Shown: positions 1-11,109 of the stretch, piece by piece
Numbering within the stretch: position 1 is the first letter of the stretch
Layout: the number at the start of each line of letters is the position of its first letter
Source of the DNA: a virus
Length of the DNA stretch: 64,000 bases
Virus record (IMG/VR): IMGVR_UViG_3300028394_000001
Coordinates: 64,001-128,000 of that record
Direction: 5' to 3' (one strand)
Notes under the pieces: model-generated
What the model saw: the letters and a program-made list of their open reading frames with translations, nothing else
Database searches by the model: none
What the model was told of the DNA's origin: nothing
Program-made: the position numbers and the translations under genes

Positions 1-2
1 TA

Positions 3-855
3 AAACTTAAAGCTGCTTTGAAACATTTGCCAAAAGTTACACCAAAGCATGGTGTTTATCAAGGTGACATGATGCATTCATCAGAGGATTTACACCACCA
101 TGACTAAAAAAGTATCGTTTACTCCAAATACAATCACTTACACCGCGCATGGTGATAATGCTAAAAAAGTTGCTGCGTCTAAGGTTGGTGTAGTGGTTCA
201 CACAAAATATCATGGTTCCGATATTGGTACTATGTCTGCACACCACGATGTTGACCACCACAACTTTAAACAACATAAAGATGTTCACCATCATGGTGCA
301 GAACATGATACTGCAAAAGTTGATTATCCATCTCATGCACAGGATGAATTTCATAAACACATGGCAGCTGCAAAAGAAATCCATGATACACACGGATCAA
401 AAATGTATCATGCAACAGCAAAACACAGAGGTGAAAATACACATCTGACAACCTACATCAACAAAACCGTTGACACCGGTGAAGTTCCAAATGTTTCATC
501 ATTAAAAACTCACATTAAAACACAACACGCCAAAATGGCAGATAAAGTCAAAACCGACGCTGCCAAGAAAGCAAAAACTTCTGCGGGACAGGAACATGTT
601 GACCATATTGAAAAGAACAAAGAACATTATCAGAATCTTCTAACAATGCACCATCATTTAGCACAAGCTAAGAACACTCTAGTTAAACACCTAGAAGGTC
701 ATGAAGGACATTATGAACATCACATTGGTGGTGTTAAATCTAAACCCGAAGGATTTGTGGTTCACCATACTCCAGAATCTGGAAAAACTGAACCAACAAA
801 GTTAGTAAATAGAGCGGAGTTCGCAAAACAAAACAGATTAAAAATCAGAAAATAA
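3..855 (+). CDS. DUF6267-like conserved T4-like phage protein, His-rich; 5'-truncated by the window and split by a frame change at ~100-107
   Basis: Frame 3 reads KLKAALKHLPKVTPKHGVYQGDMMHS..HHHD* (3-107). Frame 1 continues KKVSFTPNTITYTA...PEGFVV...KLVNRAEFAKQN (100-855). These motifs are recalled as one family that lies upstream of phage cytidylyltransferase genes. Confidence 0.6.
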
Positions 856-2607
856 ATGAAATCCTTTTTAGAAGTTATACAAGAAAAAGCATCTGGTGAT
901 GTTCACCATGTGATGTCCTTTGGTCGGATGAATCCTCCGACTACTGGTCACCTAAAGCTTATAGACAAAGTAAAAGAAGTTGCAAAGAAACAACATGCGG
1001 ATCATTCCGCTGTGGTTGTTTCACATTCACAGGATTCAAAAAAGAACCCACTTTCTTCTCAACAGAAGATTAAACACCTGAAAAGATATTCACCTGGTAC
1101 ACATTTTGAAGCTTCTTCTAAAGAGAAACCAACATTTCTACAACATGCAGCTGAATTACACAAAAAAGGTGTGACACACTTGCACATGGTTGTTGGTTCA
1201 GACCGCGTGAAAGAAATGCACGATAAGTTACACCAATACAATGGAAATCATCCTGGAGCTCTGTACCATTTTAAGAAGATAACAGTTCATTCGGCTGGCC
1301 AAAGAGATCCTGACGCAGAAGGTACAGAAGGAATGTCTGGCACCAAGATGCGTGAACATGCTAAGAGCAGTAACTTTGGAGAATTCCGTAAAGGTGTTCC
1401 CTCTCATGTACCTGAACACCATGCAAAAGAATTGATGCATGATGTTCGCAAGGGAATGGGATTACATGAAGATTACAGTTATGGTCGCCATAAAGCAATC
1501 TTCGTAACTGGTGGTCCAGGTTCAGGTAAAGACATTATCGTCCGTGAGTGTATTGCTTCACAGAAGATTGTTGAACATAATTTCCAACAAGTTGTAGATA
1601 TTCTAAATGATAAACACAAACTTGCAATGAGATCCATGAGTCCAAAATTTGAATCCATACGCACCCGCGCACCACTAATCATTAATGGACCAGCAGACGA
1701 TTTGCAGAAAATTGGCCAAATCAAAGAAGAATTGGAAGAATTGGGTTATCAAACAATGATGGTGTTTGTGGATACAACCAATTCAGTCAGTAAAGAAAGA
1801 AACACACTATTATCTAAGATGATGATGGAATCTATTCGCCAAGAAAAGTGGCAAAAAGCACAAAAGAATGCTGAACAACTTTCTGAAATGTTTACTGATT
1901 TTGTGAGATTCGATAATTCTGGTGACTTAGAATGCAAAGAGGAAGATATTACAGAAACTTATAAACTAACAAAAGAGTTTCTATCTTCAAGCTCTATCAT
2001 TGAATCTTTACAGAACGGAAATCGTTTTAGAGGATTGTATGAAAGTTCTAAGACTAAAGTTAAAGTTTTAAAAGATAACAATAGTCCATTCATGCAAATT
2101 CAAAACAAAATGGGCAAACGGGATGATGTTCGTGATGGTGATGTAAAGTCAAATAGTACATATGCATTTAGGACATATGCGGAAGCCAATTTTAATAAAG
2201 ACAAAGAAACCGGTAAGAAAAAGACTGCATTGTCTGCCGGCCGAGTTGGTGATCCAGGTGGTATTGGTCCAACAATGAATGCTCGCACAGGTGGAGGTTC
2301 CAGTTCGGCTGGTGCTGGACTAGGTAACCAAACTTACAGTGAAGCTGAAGAATTTGATAACATAAATGTTGCCGCTGCGGGTTTAGATTCTAAACCTAAA
2401 AAAGTTAGTCCAAATCCGTTAGGTGAAAAGAAAAAACTTAAAGGTTTCAAAGAATCAGTTTACTCTGGTGAAACCGGAAATGAAATGGGAGTTGCAGGTG
2501 TTATGGGTGGTGCAATGAAAAAAGAACCTCTAGTTAAGCCTACAGATAAATACATAAAAGCGGGTATTACAACTAAAACACAAAAGAAAAAATTGGGAGC
2601 CAAATAA
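856..2607 (+). CDS. Cytidylyltransferase-like (HxGH nucleotidyltransferase) fused to a P-loop kinase domain with a low-complexity tail
   Basis: [18 protein letters not shown] and [15 protein letters not shown] motifs; second domain has Walker A GGPGSGKD. Confidence 0.8.
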   Translation: MKSFLEVIQEKASGDVHHVMSFGRMNPPTTGHLKLIDKVKEVAKKQHADHSAVVVSHSQDSKKNPLSSQQKIKHLKRYSPGTHFEASSKEKPTFLQHAAELHKKGVTHLHMVVGSDRVKEMHDKLHQYNGNHPGALYHFKKITVHSAGQRDPDAEGTEGMSGTKMREHAKSSNFGEFRKGVPSHVPEHHAKELMHDVRKGMGLHEDYSYGRHKAIFVTGGPGSGKDIIVRECIASQKIVEHNFQQVVDILNDKHKLAMRSMSPKFESIRTRAPLIINGPADDLQKIGQIKEELEELGYQTMMVFVDTTNSVSKERNTLLSKMMMESIRQEKWQKAQKNAEQLSEMFTDFVRFDNSGDLECKEEDITETYKLTKEFLSSSSIIESLQNGNRFRGLYESSKTKVKVLKDNNSPFMQIQNKMGKRDDVRDGDVKSNSTYAFRTYAEANFNKDKETGKKKTALSAGRVGDPGGIGPTMNARTGGGSSSAGAGLGNQTYSEAEEFDNINVAAAGLDSKPKKVSPNPLGEKKKLKGFKESVYSGETGNEMGVAGVMGGAMKKEPLVKPTDKYIKAGITTKTQKKKLGAK

Positions 2608-4154
2608 TGTTTACTAAGAATAGTGTTTCACAATCAATGATAAGCGCAGTTGAGTCTGTGTTGGCTGAAGATAAGAAGTTGCTCCTTGAACCTGATGCTG
2701 AGAAAAAAGGCCGCAAAAAGAAAGATGGAGTTAACGAAATGGACAAGAGCCAAACACCTCCAGGTCGTGACGGTGGTCATCGTCCTGGTGGTCCAGACCG
2801 GTATGTAAAGCCAATAACAAAAGAAAAAATGGTCAAACACGCTCTTGACATTCTTAGTAAATCAAATGCTAAAAAAGATGACAAGAAAGATGTGAAAGAA
2901 GAATTAAAAGGTGACCAACACAAGTTGGACAAGAATCACAACGGTAAATTGGACGGCCAAGATTTCAAATTACTAAGAATGAAAAAAGAAGGCGTCCTTG
3001 ATTCAATTAGATCCGGTACAAGAAAAGTTATGAATAAAGTTGCTCCAGGTGACGATAAGTTACTAAGTAATTTAGAAAGAGACACTGGTGGTAAGCGTCC
3101 TAATATGTACAACAAACCCAATGCTGGGCCTAAAACTGATGATAACTTCCGTGCATATCTTGCTTCAAAGAAAAATAAAACAAATGAAGAAATTGAAACT
3201 GTAGAAGAAGGTTCGTCCGCTATCATGAACAGGACGAGGAGTAACCTTAAAAGCGACTCAAATGTTGATATGAAAAAACACATTGGTGCTCAGGCTGACA
3301 GACATGAAAAACTCATGAACGCGAAACATGATGACCACATCCACAACATTCACCAAGACCAAAAAAGACGAGAAATTGATACAGATTTTCACGCTAAAAA
3401 AAGAGAAATAGAATTAAAGCATATGGAACATGGCCATCCTCACGATGTAAATTTAAATGATATGGTTCCAGCAATAGTTCATAGATACAAAAATTACGGA
3501 AAAACAAATGAAGGACTTGATCCAGTTGGCAAAGAAGATGACGATGTTAATAACGACGGCAAAACAGATAAATCAGATGACTATTTAAAGAATCGCCGTA
3601 AAGCAATTTCCGCATCAATGAAAAAAGAAGAAGTTGAAGAACTTGATGAATTGTCAAAGTCCACTCTTGGTTCGTATGCTAAGAAAGCATCCCGTGATGC
3701 TACAATTATGCGTAAAATTGGAGCAGATTTTGAAAACAGGGCTGACAGAGCAAGAAGTCCAGGTATGAAAGATTCCAACACTCAACTATCCAGTAAATAT
3801 AAACAAACGTCTTGGAAACGCAGAGACGGTGTTGAAAAAGCAATTGACCGTTTAACCAAAGAAGACATTGGTGCAATGCAAAGTGTCGTTGGCGAAAACA
3901 AAGGTAAGAAATCTGTAAGAGTGGATACACTTAAAGGACCTACAATCTCTAATGATCCGGAAGTGAAAAGTGCAAATGCTCATTTTTCCGGTAAAGCAGC
4001 AACATTGAAAGCTGAAGGTAAAGGCACAGATACTGCTGTACCTTTTGTTACCGATTCTGCAACACACAGAGAAATCAATAAAGCTGTTAAACCTACATTC
4101 AAGAGAATCAAAGAAATGTTGGGTAAAACAGGAACTTCGGAAGAAAAAAAGTGA
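2607..4154 (+). CDS. Lys/Asp-rich modular protein, putative capsid-internal protein
   Basis: Modules bounded by xxE sites; EF-hand-like [13 protein letters not shown] and [14 protein letters not shown]; one module shared with the next gene. Confidence 0.55.
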   Translation: MFTKNSVSQSMISAVESVLAEDKKLLLEPDAEKKGRKKKDGVNEMDKSQTPPGRDGGHRPGGPDRYVKPITKEKMVKHALDILSKSNAKKDDKKDVKEELKGDQHKLDKNHNGKLDGQDFKLLRMKKEGVLDSIRSGTRKVMNKVAPGDDKLLSNLERDTGGKRPNMYNKPNAGPKTDDNFRAYLASKKNKTNEEIETVEEGSSAIMNRTRSNLKSDSNVDMKKHIGAQADRHEKLMNAKHDDHIHNIHQDQKRREIDTDFHAKKREIELKHMEHGHPHDVNLNDMVPAIVHRYKNYGKTNEGLDPVGKEDDDVNNDGKTDKSDDYLKNRRKAISASMKKEEVEELDELSKSTLGSYAKKASRDATIMRKIGADFENRADRARSPGMKDSNTQLSSKYKQTSWKRRDGVEKAIDRLTKEDIGAMQSVVGENKGKKSVRVDTLKGPTISNDPEVKSANAHFSGKAATLKAEGKGTDTAVPFVTDSATHREINKAVKPTFKRIKEMLGKTGTSEEKK

Positions 4155-5524
4155 AAAATAAAAAAGATGTAATTAAGGATGTAATGAAACCTACATCTAT
4201 TTCACCAAAAAGTAGTTTTACTGACCCAAATGAACCTTGGTCAGCAAAAGCTAATGTTGCTGAAAATATTACATCAAAGCGTTCAGATTTACTGAAACAA
4301 TTTTACAAGTCAAAAGGTTGGAATGTGAATTACATTACTAAAAATAAAAGAGTATCTCAATCTAAAACTGGTGACTATGATAAATGGAAAAGAGACCATG
4401 GCATTTATGAAGATGACCAAATCGATGAAGTGTCAAATGAATTACTGGGTCGTTACAAGACTGCTGCAGGAAGTCAAGCATCAACATTAGATAAAGCTGG
4501 TGGTAAAGAAAACATTCAGAAAGCTAACAAGCGTTTCTCTGGTATTGTTAAAGCAACCAAGAAACAATTTGCAAATGATGATAAAAAACAAGGCGTAATG
4601 GAAATGGACAAATCACAAACTCCCCCAGGCCGTGATGGTCCACCAAGACCTGGACCAGACAAATATGTCAAACCTATCAGTGCTAAAAAATTTGTAAATC
4701 ATGCATTAAGCATTTTGCAAAAATCATCGCAGGCCGGGGATAAAAAGAAGGATGTGAAAGAGGCAAAAGATGCTGGTGAATATGATTATGAAGGTGCAAT
4801 GGCCAAAACACAACTTCAAACAATTTGCAGAAACGCTGAAGCTTTAAAAGATATGCTTGATGATGATGAGAATCTTCCAGAATGGGTACAAGCAAAAATC
4901 ACAAAAGCTGAAGACTATATCACAACATCACTGGATTATTTAAAATCCACCGATGAATTAGAAGAAGAAATTAGTTTAGATGAAGCTCTATCTAAAAATT
5001 CAACTGCTTACAATTGGATCCATGATTTTGTCCATTCAGACAATCCAAAGTTTGATGGAAAATCTAAAGCACAACGTATGCAAATGGCTCTTGCTGCGTA
5101 TTATGCAATGCAAAAAAGAAGTAGAACAAAAAATGAAGGTGTTGGTGACCCACAGGCAGCAACACAATCTCCAGCTGATGGTGCAAACGGAGGTGAAGAA
5201 CTCGCACCTCCAAAGAAGTCCATTAAAAGAATTGTAAAAGAATTTCACTCAGCTTCTCGTAAAGTACAAGAAGATTTATATGATTGGGAGAAAGACGATA
5301 AGGCCGCAAAGCCTTATGGCAAAAAACCAACCACACAAAAAATAGACGGTGTGAATAACATAGGTGACGATAAACCGGATGCAAAGTTGATACTAAAAGG
5401 TGGTAAAACATTGACTGGTGAACCAAGAGATACCGTTGAAATTGATCCCATGTTAAAAAATCGTAGTAAGATGCCAGACTACAAGAGTATGGACAAAATC
5501 AAGCAGAAACCACAAGAACAATAA
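4151..5524 (+). CDS. Lys/Asp-rich modular protein, putative capsid-internal protein
   Basis: Shares the [13 protein letters not shown]...YVKPI...HAL.IL.KS...KKDVKE module; also has [12 protein letters not shown] and [11 protein letters not shown] modules. Confidence 0.55.
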   Translation: MKNKKDVIKDVMKPTSISPKSSFTDPNEPWSAKANVAENITSKRSDLLKQFYKSKGWNVNYITKNKRVSQSKTGDYDKWKRDHGIYEDDQIDEVSNELLGRYKTAAGSQASTLDKAGGKENIQKANKRFSGIVKATKKQFANDDKKQGVMEMDKSQTPPGRDGPPRPGPDKYVKPISAKKFVNHALSILQKSSQAGDKKKDVKEAKDAGEYDYEGAMAKTQLQTICRNAEALKDMLDDDENLPEWVQAKITKAEDYITTSLDYLKSTDELEEEISLDEALSKNSTAYNWIHDFVHSDNPKFDGKSKAQRMQMALAAYYAMQKRSRTKNEGVGDPQAATQSPADGANGGEELAPPKKSIKRIVKEFHSASRKVQEDLYDWEKDDKAAKPYGKKPTTQKIDGVNNIGDDKPDAKLILKGGKTLTGEPRDTVEIDPMLKNRSKMPDYKSMDKIKQKPQEQ

Positions 5525-5529
5525 ATAGA
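5521..5529 (+). promoter_or_regulatory. T4-type late promoter-like motif ATAAATA(GA)
   Basis: Matches 7 of 8 positions of TATAAATA, ~30 nt upstream of the AGGAG RBS and ATG at 5559. Confidence 0.6.
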
Positions 5530-5558
5530 TAGAATACCTTTCTACCCAAGGAGAAAAA

Positions 5559-6182
5559 ATGACAAACGTATGGAATAAAACCGATACCCCAGAAACACCA
5601 GGTAACTTTGGACATCCAGAGTGGCCTGTTCAACGCCAAGTTAGAACTGTTGCACAACTAGTTACATCCAATTTGACAGTTACTGGCGCAACAACGATTA
5701 AATTTACACTTCCAGCAGCTGTTTCCACTGTTGGTCTTGCCGCTGGTCAATTTGTCAATCTTCTAGGTGGTGGTTCAGCAGTTGCAAACCTTTCTTCAAA
5801 TGGTTCTCCTGGAATGTTCGTTTCGAATAACACTGTTGCTTCTGTTTCTGCAAATTTGGTTGTATTAACAACCGGTGTTACAGGAAACATTGCGGCAGGA
5901 TCAACGATTGGTTTTGATGCAGCTATTGTAAGACCTACAGGTGAAGTTTCTGCAACTTATTACGCAGATACAGTTCTTGCAACAGATTCTAGAATTACTA
6001 ATGCTAATAATAAAATTGGCGGTTCAGTCAATACAGGTTGGGTTCACGTTAGAAAGAAAACAAATGGTTTAACTGGTGAAGTTCGTTACATTAGAGAAAC
6101 TCTGGTTTGTTTGACTGATGCTTCATCCGTAAACACTGCTGGTGGTAACACTTCATGGGGTAGAGCATTCGCTAATACCTAA
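5559..6182 (+). CDS. Putative virion structural protein
   Basis: Thr/Val/Gly/Ala-rich beta-type composition; GWV...R...ETLV C-terminal motif; late promoter-like site upstream. Confidence 0.55.
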   Translation: MTNVWNKTDTPETPGNFGHPEWPVQRQVRTVAQLVTSNLTVTGATTIKFTLPAAVSTVGLAAGQFVNLLGGGSAVANLSSNGSPGMFVSNNTVASVSANLVVLTTGVTGNIAAGSTIGFDAAIVRPTGEVSATYYADTVLATDSRITNANNKIGGSVNTGWVHVRKKTNGLTGEVRYIRETLVCLTDASSVNTAGGNTSWGRAFANT

Positions 6183-6197
6183 TGTAATCTTTTTATA

Positions 6198-6587
6198 ATG
6201 AATTTTGATGACCTAAATGAAGACAACTTTGTGATGTATGCAGTAAAATGTTATACATCACCTAGTTGTTTAATGTCTGAGTTTGAGGGAGACTTAAAAA
6301 GAACAAAATACCTAAAAAGGTTATTTCGTAGATATAAGGCAACTAAAAACATAAAAGAAAGACTAATTCTCAATCATATTATTCTCTTAAATAATGTATT
6401 CGGACCTGAAGCAACTTCCAGAATATTGTTTTTTAGAATTGATGAGAAGGATTACGATTCACTAAAGACATTTCTGTTATTCTTAAATATATTGCCAAAG
6501 GTAATAAAGGGTATAAGAGGTAAACACATAGATACAGATTTAATATCAGTAGACATGAAAATAGCAGACATACTAAGAAACATATGA
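6198..6587 (+). CDS. Conserved T4-like phage protein (DUF7207-like)
   Basis: EFEGDLKRTKYLKRLF...RLILNHIILLNNVFG motif. Confidence 0.7.
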   Translation: MNFDDLNEDNFVMYAVKCYTSPSCLMSEFEGDLKRTKYLKRLFRRYKATKNIKERLILNHIILLNNVFGPEATSRILFFRIDEKDYDSLKTFLLFLNILPKVIKGIRGKHIDTDLISVDMKIADILRNI

Positions 6588-7099
6588 TAACATTCAAACA
6601 ATTCCTAGAAGAAAAGAAAACCCTAAGAAACACAAATCCATGTTGGACTGGTTATCATCCAATTGGTACTAAACAAAAGGGTGGCCGAACAGTTCCTAAT
6701 TGTGTTCCAGAAGAAGTGGAAGCAATGTTCGATATTATTGAAGAACTGGTCATGGAAATCTCAGAAGTACACCATATTGATCCTGAAATCATTTGGGAAG
6801 AACTTGCAGATGTATCAGATGAAGAACTATACGAATCTGCTGCATGGAGACGCAGCGAAGGTAAAGATCCTAAGGGTGGCTTGAACAGAAAAGGTATCGC
6901 ATCTTATCGCCGTGAAAATCCAGGTTCGAAGTTAAGTATGGCAGTAACTACAAAACCATCAAAATTAAAACCAGGTTCTAAAGCAGCAAATCGCCGTAAA
7001 TCATTTTGTGCTAGGATGGGCGGTATGCAAGGTGCAATGAAAAAACCTAATGGTGAACCTTCACGCAAAGCTTTAGCACTGAGAAAATGGAATTGCTAA
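6584..7099 (+). CDS. Conserved T4-like protein (DUF6321-like), putative internal head protein
   Basis: N-terminal MITFKQFLEE; CWTGY..VPNCVPE module; AAWRRSEGKDPKGGLN...RRKSFCARM...ALRKWNC. Confidence 0.65.
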   Translation: MITFKQFLEEKKTLRNTNPCWTGYHPIGTKQKGGRTVPNCVPEEVEAMFDIIEELVMEISEVHHIDPEIIWEELADVSDEELYESAAWRRSEGKDPKGGLNRKGIASYRRENPGSKLSMAVTTKPSKLKPGSKAANRRKSFCARMGGMQGAMKKPNGEPSRKALALRKWNC

Positions 7100-7296
7100 T
7101 GCAAACCTTCAAACAATTTGTAACTGAAATTGAAATAAAAGAAGACGGCATGGCTGCTGCTGGTCCAACTAATGTAGTTGGAAACGGTGCTATCGCCGGT
7201 ACAGGTGGTCCAGGTGGTGAACCTGGCGTCAATCTTAAAAAGAAAAAGAAAGTTGTTCTTCAACCAATGAGACTTAGAGCTCCACCGAGGATGTAA
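7099..7296 (+). CDS. Small Gly/Lys-rich protein, putative internal head peptide
   Basis: TAATG overlap start; N-terminal MQTFKQFVTE. Confidence 0.55.
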   Translation: MQTFKQFVTEIEIKEDGMAAAGPTNVVGNGAIAGTGGPGGEPGVNLKKKKKVVLQPMRLRAPPRM

Positions 7297-7298
7297 TT

Positions 7299-7724
7299 AT
7301 GTTTATGTGGTTATTGGATTTCTTACCTGATTGGGTTTTTTATGTTCCATTCTTTCTGAGTCTATTTGGGTTAATCATATCATTTTTTGCACCAATGCAT
7401 AAGACACTCATACAAGTTGTTTGTGTGTGTGTTTTATTGTTTTCCGTATACATGTTTGGTGGCATTTCTGAAAACAAAAAATGGAAAGAACGTGTCACTG
7501 AATTAGAAGCTAAAGTTGTTGTAGCTGAAAATAAATCTGCAATAGAAACGGTAAAAGTTGTTGAGAAGGTTGTTTATGAGAAACAAATCATCAAACAAAA
7601 AGGTGCAGATGTTATTAAGTACATAGACAAAGAAGTTGTCAAATATGATACCAAGTTTCTACCTGGCGGACCTTGTGAAATGCCTAAAGAATTTATCGAA
7701 TCTTTGAATAAGGCCGCAGAATGA
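7299..7724 (+). CDS. i-spanin (Rz-like)
   Basis: N-terminal TM helices, coiled coil and C-terminal Cys; precedes a lipoprotein gene and the endolysin. Confidence 0.7.
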   Translation: MFMWLLDFLPDWVFYVPFFLSLFGLIISFFAPMHKTLIQVVCVCVLLFSVYMFGGISENKKWKERVTELEAKVVVAENKSAIETVKVVEKVVYEKQIIKQKGADVIKYIDKEVVKYDTKFLPGGPCEMPKEFIESLNKAAE

Positions 7725-8005
7725 ACCTAATTAAATTATTCATCCTCTGTATTTTTATCGTATTAATGTTTCTTGTTACGGGATGTTCAACAACTGTTCC
7801 TGTAACAGTTAATTTTCCTTCTATTCCGGAAGAACTGAATGTACAATGTCCTCCGTTGAAGAAAATACCAGATGAATCAAAACTAAGTGACATTTCAAAA
7901 ACAATAACAGAAAACTACAAACAATACAAAGATTGTTCTGCTAATAATAGTGGATTGATTGAATGGTTTAATAAACAAAAGAAAATATTTGAGGAGTTAC
8001 AATGA
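7721..8005 (+). CDS. o-spanin (Rz1-like lipoprotein)
   Basis: Lipobox LVTGC, Pro-rich segment and two further Cys. Confidence 0.75.
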   Translation: MNLIKLFILCIFIVLMFLVTGCSTTVPVTVNFPSIPEELNVQCPPLKKIPDESKLSDISKTITENYKQYKDCSANNSGLIEWFNKQKKIFEELQ

Positions 8006-8610
8006 TTACACTAGAACAACTACAACAACTTCTTCCAAACAATCAATATGTTCAACAATGGCATGAAGCATTAGAGCAACTATTGCCTGACTATGAGATT
8101 AATACACCACATCGGATCGCAGCATTTATTGCTCAATGTTCACATGAGTCTGGTAGTTTCACTACATTAAAAGAAAACTTAAACTACAGAGCTGTAACTC
8201 TCCGCAAAGTATTTCCAAAATATTTCACTGATGCAGCGGCCGAACAGTTCGCAGGCAAAGCTGAAGCTATTGCAAATCGTGTATACGCAAATAGAATGGG
8301 TAATGGTCCCGAAGAATCGGGTGACGGTTATCGTTACTGCGGCCGAGGCCTAATTCAGTTGACAGGTAAACAAAATTATCAAAATTTTGCCGATAGTTTA
8401 CAAATGGCAGTAGAAGATGTTCCTGAATATCTTGCCACATTTGAAGGCGCTGTACAAAGTGCCTGCTGGTTCTGGGAAAGCAACAACCTAAATCAATTTG
8501 CCGATACAGGCGATATCCTAACAATGACCAAACGCATCAATGGAGGAACCATTGGTTTAGAAGATAGAATTAAACACTACGAACATGCACTGCATGTATT
8601 AGGAGCATAA
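8002..8610 (+). CDS. Glycoside hydrolase family 19 endolysin
   Basis: AAFIAQCSHES, ENLNY, GRGLIQLTGKQNY and TKRINGG motifs. Confidence 0.92.
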   Translation: MITLEQLQQLLPNNQYVQQWHEALEQLLPDYEINTPHRIAAFIAQCSHESGSFTTLKENLNYRAVTLRKVFPKYFTDAAAEQFAGKAEAIANRVYANRMGNGPEESGDGYRYCGRGLIQLTGKQNYQNFADSLQMAVEDVPEYLATFEGAVQSACWFWESNNLNQFADTGDILTMTKRINGGTIGLEDRIKHYEHALHVLGA

Positions 8611-8611
8611 A

Positions 8612-9064
8612 ATGTCAACACAAGAACATGATATTGAAGCACTAGTTAAAGATGTAAAAGAATTACGGGATGCTCAGATGGCTGCTGCCAGCAAAGGCGG
8701 CCTGGTTGAGAAGATAACCTTTGCAGGCATACCCATCATGTTTTCATGCATAGTGTATCTCATGACAGCCTTGAGCGCGGCCAGCCATGACCTTACTGTG
8801 CTGCAAAGCAAAATCAATGTGGTAGTGAGTGCCGAGAACAAGGCCATTCCACCTCAAGGAACCACTATTGAGATGGAAAAGATCAAAGAAGAAGCGGCAT
8901 TGGCTCGAGCAGCAATGACTTTAGAACGCACCAAAGATATGGCTGCCATGAGAGAAGAATCAGCATTGGGCAGAGCAAAAATCCGTGAAGACTCAGCCTT
9001 GGCCCGTGCAGATTTGGACAGCCGCCTTGACCTACTTGAATACAAAGTGTTTGGCAAAAGATAA
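8612..9064 (+). CDS. Membrane-anchored coiled-coil protein in the lysis cassette
   Basis: One TM segment; repeated EE(A/S)AL(A/G)RA units. Confidence 0.55.
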   Translation: MSTQEHDIEALVKDVKELRDAQMAAASKGGLVEKITFAGIPIMFSCIVYLMTALSAASHDLTVLQSKINVVVSAENKAIPPQGTTIEMEKIKEEAALARAAMTLERTKDMAAMREESALGRAKIREDSALARADLDSRLDLLEYKVFGKR

Positions 9065-9069
9065 GAGAA

Positions 9070-9456
9070 ATGTCACGACACACCCATAAAAAAGAAGATT
9101 GGATGAATTCTAAATGGCGTCCAGCCATGGGATGGATGTACATGCTGGTATGTACCTGTGACTTTGTAATATTTCCAATTTTGTGGAGTCTATTGCAAGC
9201 ATTTAGTCATGGCCAAGTTACAAGTCAATGGCAACCACTAACACTTCAAGGTGCAGGTTTGTTTCATCTTGCTATGGGTGGTGTATTAGGTGTTGCGGCT
9301 TTTGGCAGAACACAAGAGAAGATAAGTGGAACAAATTATGTTGCTCCACCTGTACCACCAACACCTAACAATCAACCAATTATAAATAATCAAACACCAA
9401 CAACAGTTGTTGGTCGTAAAAGTCCAGTTCCCGAATCTAGTCAACCAATGCTTTGA
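9070..9456 (+). CDS. Holin (GTA 3TM-holin-like)
   Basis: WRPAMGW motif, TM helices and G.A.FGRTQEKI. Confidence 0.75.
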   Translation: MSRHTHKKEDWMNSKWRPAMGWMYMLVCTCDFVIFPILWSLLQAFSHGQVTSQWQPLTLQGAGLFHLAMGGVLGVAAFGRTQEKISGTNYVAPPVPPTPNNQPIINNQTPTTVVGRKSPVPESSQPML

Positions 9457-9462
9457 GGTCCT

Positions 9463-9663
9463 ATGAAACAAATTAAACACTATGTCAGTTTATTATTCCT
9501 TGCATGTTTCTTGCTTGTAACAGTAACACCAACAATAGCTGCAACCAAAGAAGTTTGCAGAACAGTAAAAAATACTCAAGGAAAAATCAAAAGTGTTTGC
9601 AAAAAAATTAAAGTCCATAAGAAATTGGATGGCACTAAAGTTCCAGAGAAAAAGAAAAAATAA
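9463..9663 (+). CDS. Small exported basic protein
   Basis: Signal peptide, two Cys, Lys-rich. Confidence 0.55.
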   Translation: MKQIKHYVSLLFLACFLLVTVTPTIAATKEVCRTVKNTQGKIKSVCKKIKVHKKLDGTKVPEKKKK

Positions 9664-10088
9664 TGGCAACACCAGACGATTTAACGAAGGTCCAAGTGGA
9701 TGTTGGTGTTTTAAAGACGCAAGTCACAACAATCACTACACTCTGTAACAAGATGGACCAAGTAATAGAAAAATTGGTGGATCAGCATGACCGCCATATA
9801 TCTAAAGTCTATGACGATATTGATAAGAGGCGCGTGGAGACTGATATGGATATTAAAGAGATACATGGACGTATTGATACCGTCTTAGAAAAAGTTCAAG
9901 ATACTGAAAAAACTCTATTGGGTGAAATCAAAGGTCTCCGCAAAGAAATGCAAGACCACAATACCAAGGAAAAAGAAAAGCTTCAACAACTTCTGGATTG
10001 GAAGTGGATGATTGTTGGTGGCATAATTGTCGTTACATGGTTGCTTTCTCATGTAGGACCTGATATACTACTAGGAAATATAAAGTAA
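9663..10088 (+). CDS. Coiled-coil protein with a C-terminal TM anchor
   Basis: Heptad pattern followed by WKWMIVGGIIVVTWLL. Confidence 0.6.
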   Translation: MATPDDLTKVQVDVGVLKTQVTTITTLCNKMDQVIEKLVDQHDRHISKVYDDIDKRRVETDMDIKEIHGRIDTVLEKVQDTEKTLLGEIKGLRKEMQDHNTKEKEKLQQLLDWKWMIVGGIIVVTWLLSHVGPDILLGNIK

Positions 10089-10107
10089 CTTAACTTCCTG
10101 GTTTATT

Positions 10108-11109
10108 ATGAGCGTCTTCATTGACAGAAATTTCCTATTACAAGTATCACCAAAATTGCAGAGGTTTTCCAAGAAAAAGGATGACCTCTACAACTTTCGG
10201 TGTCCTCTCTGTGGAGACTCACAGAAAAACAAAAGCAAATGCCGTGGTTATGTCTATCGTAAGAAGAATGACTACTTCTATATGTGCCACAATTGTGGTG
10301 TATCTACATCGTTCTATAATTTTCTAAAACAAGTTGATCCTAATCTCCTTGATGAATATCAGATGGAACGGTATAAGAATTCCGCAAACACAAATTCACC
10401 TGAACCTGAGTTCTCCGAATTAAAAGTTAAACCGGCATTTGTCAAGAAATTGGATCTACCAACTATTGAATCATTGCCAGATGAACACTACGCTAAGAAA
10501 TATGTTATAGGTAGAATGATACCAAAAAACATGTATTCGCAGTTGTATTATTCTGATGACTTCAAGGCTTTTGTGGATTCTTTTGGAGTTGAAAAAGATA
10601 TTATGGAAGGTGACAAACGCCTAATCATTCCTTTCTTTGATAAAGAAGGGAACCTGACCGGATTTCAAGGCCGCGCTCTCGGTGAGTCGAAGATTCGTTA
10701 CATCACAATCAAACTCATGGACGATGTTCCACGCATGTTTGGAATCAACCGCGTAGATGAAGACAAACCAATTTATGTCTTTGAGGGACCAATTGATTCA
10801 ATGTTTATTAAAAATTCTGTAGCTGTCGCCAGTTCGTCACTAGAATCGGCCGCAGAATACTTGGACAAATCAAAAATTGTACTAGTATTCGACAATGAAC
10901 CTAGGAATAAAGAAATCGTGAAATTGATGGAACATGCCGTTGATAATCATTTCAATGTTGTTGTTTGGCCAGGAATCATAACAGACAAAGACATTAATGA
11001 TATGGTATTAACTGGATTTGACATTGAAGATTTGCATGATATAATGGAGAAACACACTTTTGTGAATCTTAGAGCTAAAATGGAATTTGTGAATTGGAAA
11101 AAAATATGA
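10108..11109 (+). CDS. gp61: DNA primase (T4 gp61)
   Basis: Zn ribbon CPLCGDS...CHNC; TOPRIM motifs EGPIDS, DNEPRN and KDIND. Confidence 0.95.
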   Translation: MSVFIDRNFLLQVSPKLQRFSKKKDDLYNFRCPLCGDSQKNKSKCRGYVYRKKNDYFYMCHNCGVSTSFYNFLKQVDPNLLDEYQMERYKNSANTNSPEPEFSELKVKPAFVKKLDLPTIESLPDEHYAKKYVIGRMIPKNMYSQLYYSDDFKAFVDSFGVEKDIMEGDKRLIIPFFDKEGNLTGFQGRALGESKIRYITIKLMDDVPRMFGINRVDEDKPIYVFEGPIDSMFIKNSVAVASSSLESAAEYLDKSKIVLVFDNEPRNKEIVKLMEHAVDNHFNVVVWPGIITDKDINDMVLTGFDIEDLHDIMEKHTFVNLRAKMEFVNWKKI

